DNA of 26,866 nt from a virus (taxonomy: Duplodnaviria; Caudoviricetes): the IMG/VR virus record IMGVR_UViG_3300006919_000355, positions 1 through 26,866 of that record; one strand, given 5' to 3'. Each line of letters begins with the position of its first letter. Position 1 is the first letter of the stretch. Positions 1 through 7,926 of this stretch are shown one piece after another. The translations under genes were made by a program, and so were the position numbers. The notes under the pieces were generated by a model that made no database searches, had not been told where the DNA came from, and saw nothing but the letters and a program-made list of their open reading frames with translations.

Positions 1-626
1 GGGTTTATCTCTTCCTCGATATGCTCCATCTCTTCAATGATATGTTCATACAAAGCCTCTGCTTTATCCATATCAAATACCCAACCCTTCTGAGTAATCT
101 CTGCATTTACTTTTGCAAAGTCATGCTCAAGGTTAAGTGCTTGAAGGAACATAGGGTTCTGCTTGATCAGCACTGATGCTTCTTTAGATAACCGTTGATA
201 CACCTTGGTATTTAGGTTAACGTCACGTATACAATACTTAAGCATTTCTTTACTGTAACAAGTCCAGTCTTCGTGATCACCTTTCGGATACTCAAAGAAC
301 TCACCCCAACCTTTAAGGCCATGCATATGACCCCTGTTGTACTTACATATCTGTGACATCAAGAAGGTATCCCAGAGTTTAGTCTTACTATCTGGTACCC
401 AACCTGTTAGTTTCTTAAGCACAGGTAAATCAAAGGCTATGATGTTATGACCTGCTAGTATTGTTGCCCCTGACATTAACGATAGACCTTGATCCAGTGG
501 TGGTAAGCTATCATCATAGTCAGAGAAGGAATGGACATCCCCTGTCTGAGTATCTTCTAGTACAAGACACCAGATCTTATCAGGGAATAGCCCATTAGTT
601 TCTATATCAAATACATACTTGCTCAT
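1..626 (-). CDS. DNA polymerase family A (T7-like), N-terminal 3'-5' exonuclease domain; runs off the left edge
   Basis: Not in the ORF track. Hand translation from ATG 626 gives MSKYVFDIETNGL (ExoI), GHNIIAFDLPVL (ExoII) and YCIRDV (ExoIII), followed by LEHDFAKV..KGWVFD. SD AGAGGA upstream. Confidence 0.93.
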   Translation of the reverse strand, partial: MSKYVFDIETNGLFPDKIWCLVLEDTQTGDVHSFSDYDDSLPPLDQGLSLMSGATILAGHNIIAFDLPVLKKLTGWVPDSKTKLWDTFLMSQICKYNRGHMHGLKGWGEFFEYPKGDHEDWTCYSKEMLKYCIRDVNLNTKVYQRLSKEASVLIKQNPMFLQALNLEHDFAKVNAEITQKGWVFDMDKAEALYEHIIEEMEHIEEEIN

Positions 627-629
627 ATT

Positions 630-667
630 TAGTCCTCTCTGAGCAGTTTAAGGACTATGCTCAGGTC
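630..667 (-). promoter_or_regulatory. Structured leader (pseudoknot / SD-sequestering helix) upstream of the DNA polymerase
   Basis: Minus strand reads GAC-CTGAGCA-TAGTCCT-TAAAC-TGCTCAG-AG-AGGACTA-AAT-ATG. It has two perfect 7-bp complementarities, one of which covers the SD. Confidence 0.55.
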
Positions 668-674
668 AATTAGT

Positions 675-2528
675 TTAGTATGTTATTTCACAAGCACCGC
701 CTGCACATGCAGCTTCGGCACTTAGGTCAGTCTTATCTTCTACCTCTTGAACTCTAGTAAGATCAATACCAGTCAATGCATTCTCCATTAGACGGTAACG
801 TTCTTCTGTGATGTCTTCGAATGGTGCTTGCACATAAGTACCACCATCGTATGGTAAGACAGAGATACCGTTGAAATGATAACGGTTCTTCCACATCCAC
901 TCACCTACCAGTTCCCACTCATCATCTTTGATAGAGATAGTACATGATACGTTGTGGCTGTTCTGACCTTCACGGTGACCTGGAGCCACCCACTCTGTGT
1001 TATACCGACCAACTCTGTTAAGTAGATTAATCGGACTTTCGTTACGAAGTATAGAACCTTCAGGTGCAGCTTGAGGTATCTCGATTACAGCTTGCTCTTC
1101 AGGTTTGAAATACTCGTCCTCCACCAACTCTGGGTGGTGCTCAGCGAAGTATCCATATAAGGCTTCATTCTTTCCGATACGTTGCCTACGAATGTAGTAA
1201 TCGTTATGCCAAGCATGAATACCAGAACTGCTGCCCAGCACACAAGAACTAGTGCCGCTTGGCTTGACAGTAGTACAACGTGCAGCGCAGTTGATGCCCA
1301 ATAGTTTAGCGACTCTTTCATTCTCTTTCTTTACCTCCTCAGCGGCTTCTTCTAAATCATATTCTAGCACAGTACCAGAACCAATACCAGTTTGACCTAC
1401 ACCGATAAGAGCTTCACGTTCACAAGTCTCTTGCCATTCAGGTCGTAGGTAATGGAAGTCTGTATACCCTGCTTGTAATGTGCCAATCAATGATGCAGCT
1501 CTTGCTCGTTCATTGAGATCCTTTTGGGATGTAATGTCAGATACATTCATCTCAGTTAGGTTACACATTTGATATGGACGTAGACCAATCTCACAACATG
1601 GGTTAGTACCCCAGTCTTTGTCGTTGGTAAGATAGATACCTGGCTCACCAGAACCTGATAGTCTTACACGTTCCCATAGTTTATCAAAGGATTCTTTAGT
1701 AATCTTGTGACGTAGTATTACAGCAGAGTTGTTTGCTCGTGCTCGTTGTGGGTTCTGTTCCCACCAAGAACCAGACTTACAACCTAGCATAGCAGAGTCA
1801 TCCATAGAGAACAACGATATCATAGCAGCCCTACGGATACCACCAGTTAATACAGCGTCAGCAATGTAGCACATCATGTCATGTACTTCTAGTGTAGTAA
1901 GCTGACGTCCTACTGCTTGGTCAAAGATAGATCTCATATTGTGGATACAATCTTTAAGGGGCTGAGGACCTGGGGCTTTACCACCTGTAGTAATTAGCAT
2001 GGCTCCCTTAGGTCTGATGTCACGGTAATCAAACTCTACATCCATCATGTTGTAGAAGTAAGATTCACATAGAACTTTTACTGCATCTGCCCAGCCCTCA
2101 ATATTATCTGACACAAGGAACCTACGCTTACGTTTCTTAGGCCCTGCTACTTCAGGTAACTTACGAACATGATGACGTTGAACTGAGTAGCCTACCCCAG
2201 TACCGCCAAGTAATAAGAACATACTCTCAGCAAATGATTCGGTACTTTCAATAGGTAAGTATGCACAGTTGTAGATTCTATTGGGGGCTAGCTCGATAGG
2301 TGCACCACCAAACTGCAATGCTCTCATTGAAGGTAGGCATTTCTTTTCATACACCAGCTTGTATGCTTTTTCAATTTCTTTCTTCATCTTAGGGTACTTG
2401 CGTTGGTGCATCTCTTTGTTTCGAGTAACCAACTCATGCCAAGTTTCCCTGCGTTGCAACTCAGGTATGTACTTTGCGTACTTGCTGAATACAGTTATGT
2501 CTGATAAGATTTTATTTGATGTGTTCAT
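675..2528 (-). CDS. nrdJ: Class II (adenosylcobalamin-dependent) ribonucleotide reductase, monomeric RTPR-like
   Basis: 617 aa with LPSMRALQFGG, YNCAY, TNPCCEI (active-site Asn/Cys/Glu), TTVKPSGT and a C-terminal redox pair ACAGGACE. No ATP cone and no adjacent beta-subunit gene. Confidence 0.93.
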   Translation of the reverse strand: MNTSNKILSDITVFSKYAKYIPELQRRETWHELVTRNKEMHQRKYPKMKKEIEKAYKLVYEKKCLPSMRALQFGGAPIELAPNRIYNCAYLPIESTESFAESMFLLLGGTGVGYSVQRHHVRKLPEVAGPKKRKRRFLVSDNIEGWADAVKVLCESYFYNMMDVEFDYRDIRPKGAMLITTGGKAPGPQPLKDCIHNMRSIFDQAVGRQLTTLEVHDMMCYIADAVLTGGIRRAAMISLFSMDDSAMLGCKSGSWWEQNPQRARANNSAVILRHKITKESFDKLWERVRLSGSGEPGIYLTNDKDWGTNPCCEIGLRPYQMCNLTEMNVSDITSQKDLNERARAASLIGTLQAGYTDFHYLRPEWQETCEREALIGVGQTGIGSGTVLEYDLEEAAEEVKKENERVAKLLGINCAARCTTVKPSGTSSCVLGSSSGIHAWHNDYYIRRQRIGKNEALYGYFAEHHPELVEDEYFKPEEQAVIEIPQAAPEGSILRNESPINLLNRVGRYNTEWVAPGHREGQNSHNVSCTISIKDDEWELVGEWMWKNRYHFNGISVLPYDGGTYVQAPFEDITEERYRLMENALTGIDLTRVQEVEDKTDLSAEAACAGGACEITY

Positions 2529-2899
2529 TCTCTACCTTTCTTTAAATAGTTTCTGATTCTTGCAAGTGCACCGAAGTCATCCTTCAATCCACCTAATGTC
2601 CTGTTACACGAGTGGCATATCCAACCTCTAAACTTACTAGTCAAGTGGTCATGGTCTAATGCCCATGGTGATTTGTTCTTGCCGCCACAACCTCTAGCTT
2701 CTTCTGCGTTACGCAAACAGATTGGGCATTGATAATCCTCTGGTGGTTCTTCTACAGTTTCTCGTAATTCCTTTCGTACCTTTGCTATAGATCTTATGCA
2801 GAGCCTACAAGTTGTTTTACGATATCCCCTACCACTTTCCATAGGGAAATCTTCACAGCTTTTCTTTACTCCACACTTATTACAGGTCATGTATTCCAT
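2525..2899 (-). CDS. Endonuclease VII-like (His-Me finger) nuclease with N-terminal Zn finger
   Basis: Motifs CNKC..CRLC, CPIC, LDHDH and RGWICHSCNRTLG. Start moved to ATG 2899, which follows GGAGA. ATGA overlap with nrdJ. Confidence 0.85.
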   Translation of the reverse strand: MEYMTCNKCGVKKSCEDFPMESGRGYRKTTCRLCIRSIAKVRKELRETVEEPPEDYQCPICLRNAEEARGCGGKNKSPWALDHDHLTSKFRGWICHSCNRTLGGLKDDFGALARIRNYLKKGRE

Positions 2900-2900
2900 G

Positions 2901-3080
2901 TTATCTCCGACTAAGTTTGACAATCTCTGCGTCTCCCTTAGATACAAAATTAATAAAGCCTTTAGGCTCTTTAGATTTATACTCTGTTTTTTCTACATCG
3001 AGTAACGGTACAACCTCTCCCACAAGAGAGGCGTACCATTTATTGGGGTCGTCACATTTAATTATACGTAATGCTTTCAT
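2901..3080 (-). CDS. Hypothetical protein (59 aa)
   Basis: ORF-track frame. ATG 3080 is in ATGA overlap with the upstream ORF, and the stop abuts the next start. Confidence 0.7.
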   Translation of the reverse strand: MKALRIIKCDDPNKWYASLVGEVVPLLDVEKTEYKSKEPKGFINFVSKGDAEIVKLSRR

Positions 3081-3244
3081 ATCCAACCTAACTTAGTTGC
3101 GTTGTGAATTATAATCATAAAGCAGGTTATGATATGCACAACCCACCAGAAAGTTCTGATAGCTGCTACAATATCTGCTTGACTATCAGTCTCTCCCACC
3201 TTTTCGCCCAAAGATTTTGCCCAGATACGCCACCACTTTTTCAT
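3077..3244 (-). CDS. Small membrane protein (55 aa)
   Basis: Hand translation MKKWWRIWAKSLGEKVGETDSQADIVAAIRTFWWVVHIITCFMIIIHNATKLGWI. SD GAGGAG; coupled to the downstream gene. Resembles a recurrent small phage family (WRxWAKxLGEK..D..AD..A.IRT). Confidence 0.8.
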   Translation of the reverse strand: MKKWWRIWAKSLGEKVGETDSQADIVAAIRTFWWVVHIITCFMIIIHNATKLGWI

Positions 3245-3362
3245 AACGAGTTACTCCTCTGAGCCATTCCTTTTGTACCTCATTTAGAAATACATTCGAG
3301 CTTAATAAAATGAATACTGCTACCGCAAGTATAACACCTACTTCAATAATATCTACTATCAT
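3186..3362 (-). CDS. Possible small membrane-anchored protein (58 aa)
   Basis: MIVDIIEVGVILAVAVFILLSS... with SD AAGGT. Starts 2 nt after the previous stop but overlaps the next gene by 59 nt. Confidence 0.45.
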   Translation of the reverse strand: MIVDIIEVGVILAVAVFILLSSNVFLNEVQKEWLRGVTRYEKVVAYLGKIFGRKGGRD

Positions 3363-3364
3363 AA

Positions 3365-3505
3365 TTATTTACCTTTCTTTTTGGAGCCCGAAGGGCTCTT
3401 AGTTTTATCTTGTTTATCTTCCTTCTTGCCAAAGATTGCATCCCAATTGTTGGAGTAACTCTCTTGATTAGGGATAGGTCTTGGCGCTGAGCCTTTGCCT
3501 GCCAT
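3365..3505 (-). CDS. Small basic hypothetical protein (46 aa)
   Basis: Hand translation MAGKGSAPRPIPNQESYSNNWDAIFGKKEDKQDKTKSPSGSKKKGK. SD GGAGA. The GKGS.PRP...NWD.IF pattern is common in small phage proteins. Confidence 0.8.
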   Translation of the reverse strand: MAGKGSAPRPIPNQESYSNNWDAIFGKKEDKQDKTKSPSGSKKKGK

Positions 3506-3506
3506 G

Positions 3507-3776
3507 TTATTCTCCAGTTAGTTGTTGGTCAATCAGTGTTGCATACCCTGCTATGTCATGCCAGCTATCAGCATAGTTAGGATCACCGTTAAGTATCCTA
3601 CCTATCTTATGCACGATCATTTCTAAGGATTCTTTTTGTGAGTAGCTAAGCGTGTCCCAGTTGTCGGTGACTCTCATTATAGCTTTCATACTCTGAGATA
3701 TCTCACCTTGAGATTCAAAGGAACCGTACCTTTTCTCACGTTGTTTTAAAGTATTGTTAGTGGATTGTTGTGTCAT
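3507..3776 (-). CDS. DUF6378-like small all-alpha phage protein
   Basis: Pattern R..RYG.F, KIGRILNGDP.Y.DSW.DIAGYA recognised by eye. Confidence 0.75.
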   Translation of the reverse strand: MTQQSTNNTLKQREKRYGSFESQGEISQSMKAIMRVTDNWDTLSYSQKESLEMIVHKIGRILNGDPNYADSWHDIAGYATLIDQQLTGE

Positions 3777-3939
3777 CTATATAATCATCCTCCAAACCTT
3801 GTACACAATCTAATAGGTATGCACATAGTTGGAATGCTTTGCTTTCTTCATCCACTATATCTATACCTTCTGCTTCAAACATAACTTTGACGTTTGCTAG
3901 GTCTTCGCTATCTTCGATTCTAATAACATATGACGGCAT
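3757..3939 (-). CDS. Acidic hypothetical protein (60 aa)
   Basis: Start moved to ATG 3939 (MPSYVIRIED), which follows GGAGGA. The longer track ORF would run through a terminator and overlap the upstream gene. Confidence 0.7.
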   Translation of the reverse strand: MPSYVIRIEDSEDLANVKVMFEAEGIDIVDEESKAFQLCAYLLDCVQGLEDDYIDDTTIH

Positions 3940-3951
3940 GTGCCTGTCCTC

Positions 3952-3993
3952 CGTTGTCGGTTGCTCAAAAAAGCATGTAAACGTTGTCGGTTG
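3952..3993 (-). repeat. 12-bp direct repeat CAACCGACAACG x2 at 30-bp spacing; candidate promoter/operator
   Basis: Plus strand CGTTGTCGGTTG at 3952-3963 and 3982-3993. Related copies at 11297-11303 and 11503-11521. Confidence 0.6.
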
Positions 3994-3996
3994 AGC

Positions 3997-4021
3997 AATA
4001 AAATAAGGGGCATAAAGCCCC
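3997..4021 (-). terminator. Rho-independent terminator after the TerS-like gene
   Basis: GGGGC-TTTAT-GCCCC followed by TTATTTTATT, 3 nt after the stop codon. Confidence 0.7.
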
Positions 4022-4024
4022 TGA

Positions 4025-4459
4025 TTAACCACCTGAAAGTCTATTAATCTCTGCCTGTAGTTCCTCATCAGTGAGGTCTGTATAGTCAAAGTTAGTGTTT
4101 ACATTTTCAGATCGTTGTAGTTTAGGTTGTTCATACTCAGCTACTATTGAAGCAAGTCTTGCAGCTTCAACCATATCGTCAGTAGATATAGCTTTAATCA
4201 TAGCGAGTTTCATAACAGTCAGACCTTTAGGTATACTTTCCATAAGACTGTCTGATAAATTGTTGACGAGAGCAAGAACATCTTTCATTTCTTCTTTCAT
4301 CTTTTCATTTTTAATCCTAGCTTCAGTAGCTTTCTCTGTCATCATCGCCATATGTTCTTTATCATGACGTGGTTTTAGATTAGCTAATGAGTTAGGGTGT
4401 ATCTTTTTCTTTCCTTTTGTTACATCATCTTGCGTATAAATTTTTTGGGCTTCTGACAT
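4025..4459 (-). CDS. Putative terminase small subunit
   Basis: N-terminal HPNSLANLKP, a helical middle, AEYEQPKL and C-terminal DLTDEEL are all typical of phage TerS-like proteins. There is no TerS ORF next to terL. Start at ATG 4459, 6 nt after GGAG. Confidence 0.6.
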   Translation of the reverse strand: MSEAQKIYTQDDVTKGKKKIHPNSLANLKPRHDKEHMAMMTEKATEARIKNEKMKEEMKDVLALVNNLSDSLMESIPKGLTVMKLAMIKAISTDDMVEAARLASIVAEYEQPKLQRSENVNTNFDYTDLTDEELQAEINRLSGG

Positions 4460-4464
4460 TATCA

Positions 4465-4520
4465 TCTCCGTTTCTAGGTAGTTCCCTATAAGGTACCTAA
4501 TTACCTAGAATCTACGGAGA
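4465..4520 (-). promoter_or_regulatory. Long hairpin sequestering the terS SD, with the GGTACCTTATAG motif in its loop
   Basis: Stems TCTCCGT/ACGGAGA and TTCTAGGTA/TACCTAGAA. Motif at 4486-4497. Confidence 0.6.
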
Positions 4521-4555
4521 GCCCTCTGGTTTGACGTATAACAAAGAATAATCAA

Positions 4556-4590
4556 GGCCCTAGCTACCCCTTAGTGAGATAGCTAGAGCC
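4556..4590 (-). terminator. 15-bp RNA hairpin (terminator or RNase III-type site)
   Basis: GGCUCUAGCUAUCUC-ACUAA-GGGGUAGCUAGGGCC pairs fully only on the minus strand (3 G-U pairs). Followed by U-rich UUGAUUAUUCUUUGUU. Confidence 0.65.
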
Positions 4591-4603
4591 CCTTAGGATG
4601 GAT

Positions 4604-4675
4604 TTACTGGCGTTTATCTAGGTAATCTAGAACCATTAGTCCAATAAACCCTACTGAAATAAGAATAACAAACAT
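4604..4675 (-). CDS. Possible 23-aa single-helix membrane peptide
   Basis: MFVILISVGFIGLMVLDYLDKRQ; weak SD. Confidence 0.3.
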   Translation of the reverse strand: MFVILISVGFIGLMVLDYLDKRQ

Positions 4676-4743
4676 CCTTTGCCTTAGTATTCTTATCCCC
4701 TTGGTAAATTAGTTTACATATTAAGACAGTAAACCATTATACC

Positions 4744-5211
4744 TTAGAACTCAGAGTCGTCAGCCTCTGTTCCTTCCACATCAAAGTCAACAGACCCAGT
4801 GTACTCAATTAGGTTTGTGATTTGAATTGCAGTCAAGATTGTGGAGACACCTTGACGACCAGCTACATCATACTCTCGTCGATATACTTTTACATTACCA
4901 ACTGAGCCGTTACCAATCTTAATGGTAGCAGGTATAGCTTTCTTTTGACTGTCAACAATAGCAACAGGATCGTTTGCAGATCCATCTTTGCGTACAGCTT
5001 TACGCTTCAAGTTAACAGCGACTCTACTTGGGTCATCTTTGACGGGCTTAACTGTGCCGTACTGAGCGAGTTCTTCTGAACGATCAGAAGGTACAACGAT
5101 CTGACATTCCCATTGCAGAGTACCGAAAGGTTCTGTAGGGTTGTCAGGGTCTACCTTAACATAGTTAAGAGTCACATCACGGATGATTGAAGTACCAAGA
5201 TTTGCAGTCAT
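4744..5211 (-). CDS. Single-stranded DNA-binding protein, T7 gp2.5-like
   Basis: IGNGSVGNVKV..Y...G.S..L.AIQITNLIEY core, with an acidic tail ending in Phe (EADDSEF). Confidence 0.85.
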   Translation of the reverse strand: MTANLGTSIIRDVTLNYVKVDPDNPTEPFGTLQWECQIVVPSDRSEELAQYGTVKPVKDDPSRVAVNLKRKAVRKDGSANDPVAIVDSQKKAIPATIKIGNGSVGNVKVYRREYDVAGRQGVSTILTAIQITNLIEYTGSVDFDVEGTEADDSEF

Positions 5212-5228
5212 AATAGTTTCCTGTTTAA

Positions 5229-5609
5229 TTAAATAAGTTCTTTGAGTTGTACACTATGTTTAGTCCAGTCTCCAGACTCAACAATAGGTTGTGATTTGTA
5301 GCGATGACCTTGTAATGTATAGATCAAAGCTGTTCCATAATCAGTAGACACTTCCTCCCTGTCATAAAAGTTAGTGGCTTCATTGCCACTGTAACCTTCA
5401 AGTGTGTCTAGTTTTCGTAGTGTATCTTCACTCACCTCATAAACTTCTACAAGGATATGTGAGTCTCCACTACGGATGCCTGGGTAGCTACCAAGAGAGA
5501 ACATCTCGTAGTCTGGTATCCATTGTGTCCCAATCATTTTAGATTCACCAAGGACTCGATGATTACCGAGCCCCTTTCTAAGTGAACCATATACAGCTAC
5601 GTTACGCAT
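5229..5609 (-). CDS. Gamma-glutamylcyclotransferase (AIG2/GGACT-like)
   Basis: Motifs VAVYGSLRKGLGNH, VEVYEV, LDTLEG, Y.R and SGDW. Start moved to ATG 5609, which follows GGAGG. Confidence 0.9.
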   Translation of the reverse strand: MRNVAVYGSLRKGLGNHRVLGESKMIGTQWIPDYEMFSLGSYPGIRSGDSHILVEVYEVSEDTLRKLDTLEGYSGNEATNFYDREEVSTDYGTALIYTLQGHRYKSQPIVESGDWTKHSVQLKELI

Positions 5610-5617
5610 AGTTCCTC

Positions 5618-6775
5618 CTAAGTATACACGTGGCATGGAGCAATAGTAATTGGTAAGCACCACTGCTCTTCTTCGCTATCATTATAACACAAGACTAGCT
5701 CACCGTCATCACCTACGACTTCATAGACAAAGAAGTAACCAGACCTACCATGATAGTCATCTTCCATCCAACGTTCGAGTGCATCTGACTTGCCACCGTT
5801 GTTCATAAATCTTCTTAGGCAAGTGTATAGATTATCTGTAAGGTATACTGTTTCACCTTCTTCAATATAATAATCATCAACATCGTATGGAACATTCAAT
5901 GCTTCATCTAACTCCGTTAAAGATTGCAAGGCAAGTTGATCTGAAGTTAATACTTCATCATACCTTGGTATCTTTTTATTATCTATTAGAGCCTGAAGGG
6001 CTCCGGAGTATCTAGCTAACGTTGTGTTACCATTCAGTCCACATGCAGTGTTCACCTCTAATACAGTTGCTTCCTTCTTTCTTTCATTCCATATCACATC
6101 TACCGCACCGAAGTCTAACCCTAATACATTTACTGCATTAACTGCACTAGATATTACTGAAGGTGATGGCTTAACATCTGAGATTGTAAATACAAATCCG
6201 TTACTGTGGTTTCTGATTTGATAGTTCTCAGGTGTTGTACCATGTGGTACTGCCTTACGTTGTATAAGTATAGGTACATTCTTTACTACATGCACACGAT
6301 ACTCGTCACGCTTCTTCATGTATTTAGTATACAAAGGTGCATTGTATACAGCACTGCTTGCAGATACATCTTCCTTGTATCTTACAAGATCTAGCCCTTC
6401 ACCTGAATGACCTTGCATTACATTACGAATAACAACATCATGCCCTTCATCGTACCACTGTCTAGCAATGCTTACATGTGTTGTCCAGTCAGGTATAGGT
6501 ATCGGTAGTATTGAATCAGCATTATCTCTGTCGATAGTCTTGAAGAACTCTAGCTTATGAGATGCTAATCGAATCTTATGGGGTTTGTTAAATACTCTAG
6601 CTTGTCTAAATGAAGACAGATCTATAGTTGAGTTACCCCAGTTGATTAAAACTAAATCGTTTTTATCTGTAACAGATGAGCCTTCAAGTTTCATTCTCTT
6701 ACAGTTTAAAGAATTAGCTAACAGTTTTGCAGATTCACTTCCAGATTTATAAGGTACTACTAATACTTGGCTCAT
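5618..6775 (-). CDS. ATP-grasp ligase (RimK/YheCD-like) with an acidic C-terminal extra domain
   Basis: Motifs INWG, GHSGEG, EYRVHV, IRNHSNGF and GLDFGAVD...VLEVNTACG. ATGA overlap with the upstream gene. Confidence 0.9.
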   Translation of the reverse strand: MSQVLVVPYKSGSESAKLLANSLNCKRMKLEGSSVTDKNDLVLINWGNSTIDLSSFRQARVFNKPHKIRLASHKLEFFKTIDRDNADSILPIPIPDWTTHVSIARQWYDEGHDVVIRNVMQGHSGEGLDLVRYKEDVSASSAVYNAPLYTKYMKKRDEYRVHVVKNVPILIQRKAVPHGTTPENYQIRNHSNGFVFTISDVKPSPSVISSAVNAVNVLGLDFGAVDVIWNERKKEATVLEVNTACGLNGNTTLARYSGALQALIDNKKIPRYDEVLTSDQLALQSLTELDEALNVPYDVDDYYIEEGETVYLTDNLYTCLRRFMNNGGKSDALERWMEDDYHGRSGYFFVYEVVGDDGELVLCYNDSEEEQWCLPITIAPCHVYT

Positions 6776-7926
6776 TGTATTGTCTCCATACAGAAGTCAT
6801 CGTCTGTTAAAAGATAAACATCTTTTTGTGATTGAAGTATCTCTTCTACTTCATCCTTCTTATCTAAGTTGTTTACATCCTCAGCTATTATTTCTTGCAA
6901 CCAAGGTGTAGTTAAGATAAGTTCGTAAGTGCTTCCAGTCTTTACCATACTCTGAACTATACCTGTGTAGTACCCAGCTACTGCAGGTACAGGAGCTTGG
7001 AAGCATTTGATCTCCAAGTTCTGACCATCGGTAGTGATACCACCCATTGGCGTGGTTTGTTTGGAACCTGTCGGTATGCCTTCAGAATAAAATTCTACTT
7101 CATCACCAGTCTTTAAACCATAGTCCTTTAGTTTATTTAACGGATGACCTGGTGTCTTTTTTACATCGTTAGACCATTTGTTTTGATTCCAATTGTTGTA
7201 GTACACAGTCGTAGGTTTAACATACTTAGGTTGTATCTTTACCTTTCTGAAAGATGGTTTAAGACCTGTAGTATCTTCAACGTTAAAGGTAGCAAGCATA
7301 CCTACAGGTAACTCTTCAATGGTATAGTCTATATCATTACGAGTTAGGATAGCTTCAAGCATATACCTTTCTGATGCATAATAAAATGTATCTCTGGTCT
7401 TATGCTTAGCAATCCACATAGGTCTCTCTTGATTACGAACAATATAAAACTCCATCTTATTATCGTTGTACCAAGTCAGAGCAAACGCACCTTTCAATAC
7501 ACTAATAACTTCTTCAGGGTTATCAGTCAGACCCATAGCATATGCAATGTTCTCACTGTCTACCTTAAAGTCTTTGTAATCTGGAAGTGTAGTCTGATCA
7601 CCAAGTGTACCGTTGTGAGCTAGCGTTACATTACCGTAAGTAAACGGGTGAGCATTGATGTCATTCACTGCACCCTGAGTAGCATATCTGTTGTGACCTA
7701 GGAGAAAGTCACCGTATATATTACCAGCAATAGCAGAACCCTGCTTAAGTTGTAGGTAATCTGGAGCACTAACAGCACGTTTGTATGTTAAAACCTCGTT
7801 GTTTGCATCGTTGGTTGCTACACCTGTACTATGAGAACCACGAAGAGTATCTACAAATAGTAATTGTTGAAACACTTTTGCATCTTGGAAGTTGATATCG
7901 CCTATCACGCCAACTAATCCGCACAT
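6772..7926 (-). CDS. Class-II (Ntn) glutamine amidotransferase with C-terminal extension
   Basis: N-terminal nucleophile MCGLVG, plus RGSHSTG, GHNRYATQG, NAHPF, AHNGTL and VDSE. No SIS domains, so it is not GlmS. Confidence 0.92.
   Translation of the reverse strand: MCGLVGVIGDINFQDAKVFQQLLFVDTLRGSHSTGVATNDANNEVLTYKRAVSAPDYLQLKQGSAIAGNIYGDFLLGHNRYATQGAVNDINAHPFTYGNVTLAHNGTLGDQTTLPDYKDFKVDSENIAYAMGLTDNPEEVISVLKGAFALTWYNDNKMEFYIVRNQERPMWIAKHKTRDTFYYASERYMLEAILTRNDIDYTIEELPVGMLATFNVEDTTGLKPSFRKVKIQPKYVKPTTVYYNNWNQNKWSNDVKKTPGHPLNKLKDYGLKTGDEVEFYSEGIPTGSKQTTPMGGITTDGQNLEIKCFQAPVPAVAGYYTGIVQSMVKTGSTYELILTTPWLQEIIAEDVNNLDKKDEVEEILQSQKDVYLLTDDDFCMETIQ

Noticed and set aside
6772-7926. GlmS (glucosamine-6-phosphate synthase) annotation
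   Set aside because: Only the Ntn glutaminase domain is present; there are no SIS isomerase domains.
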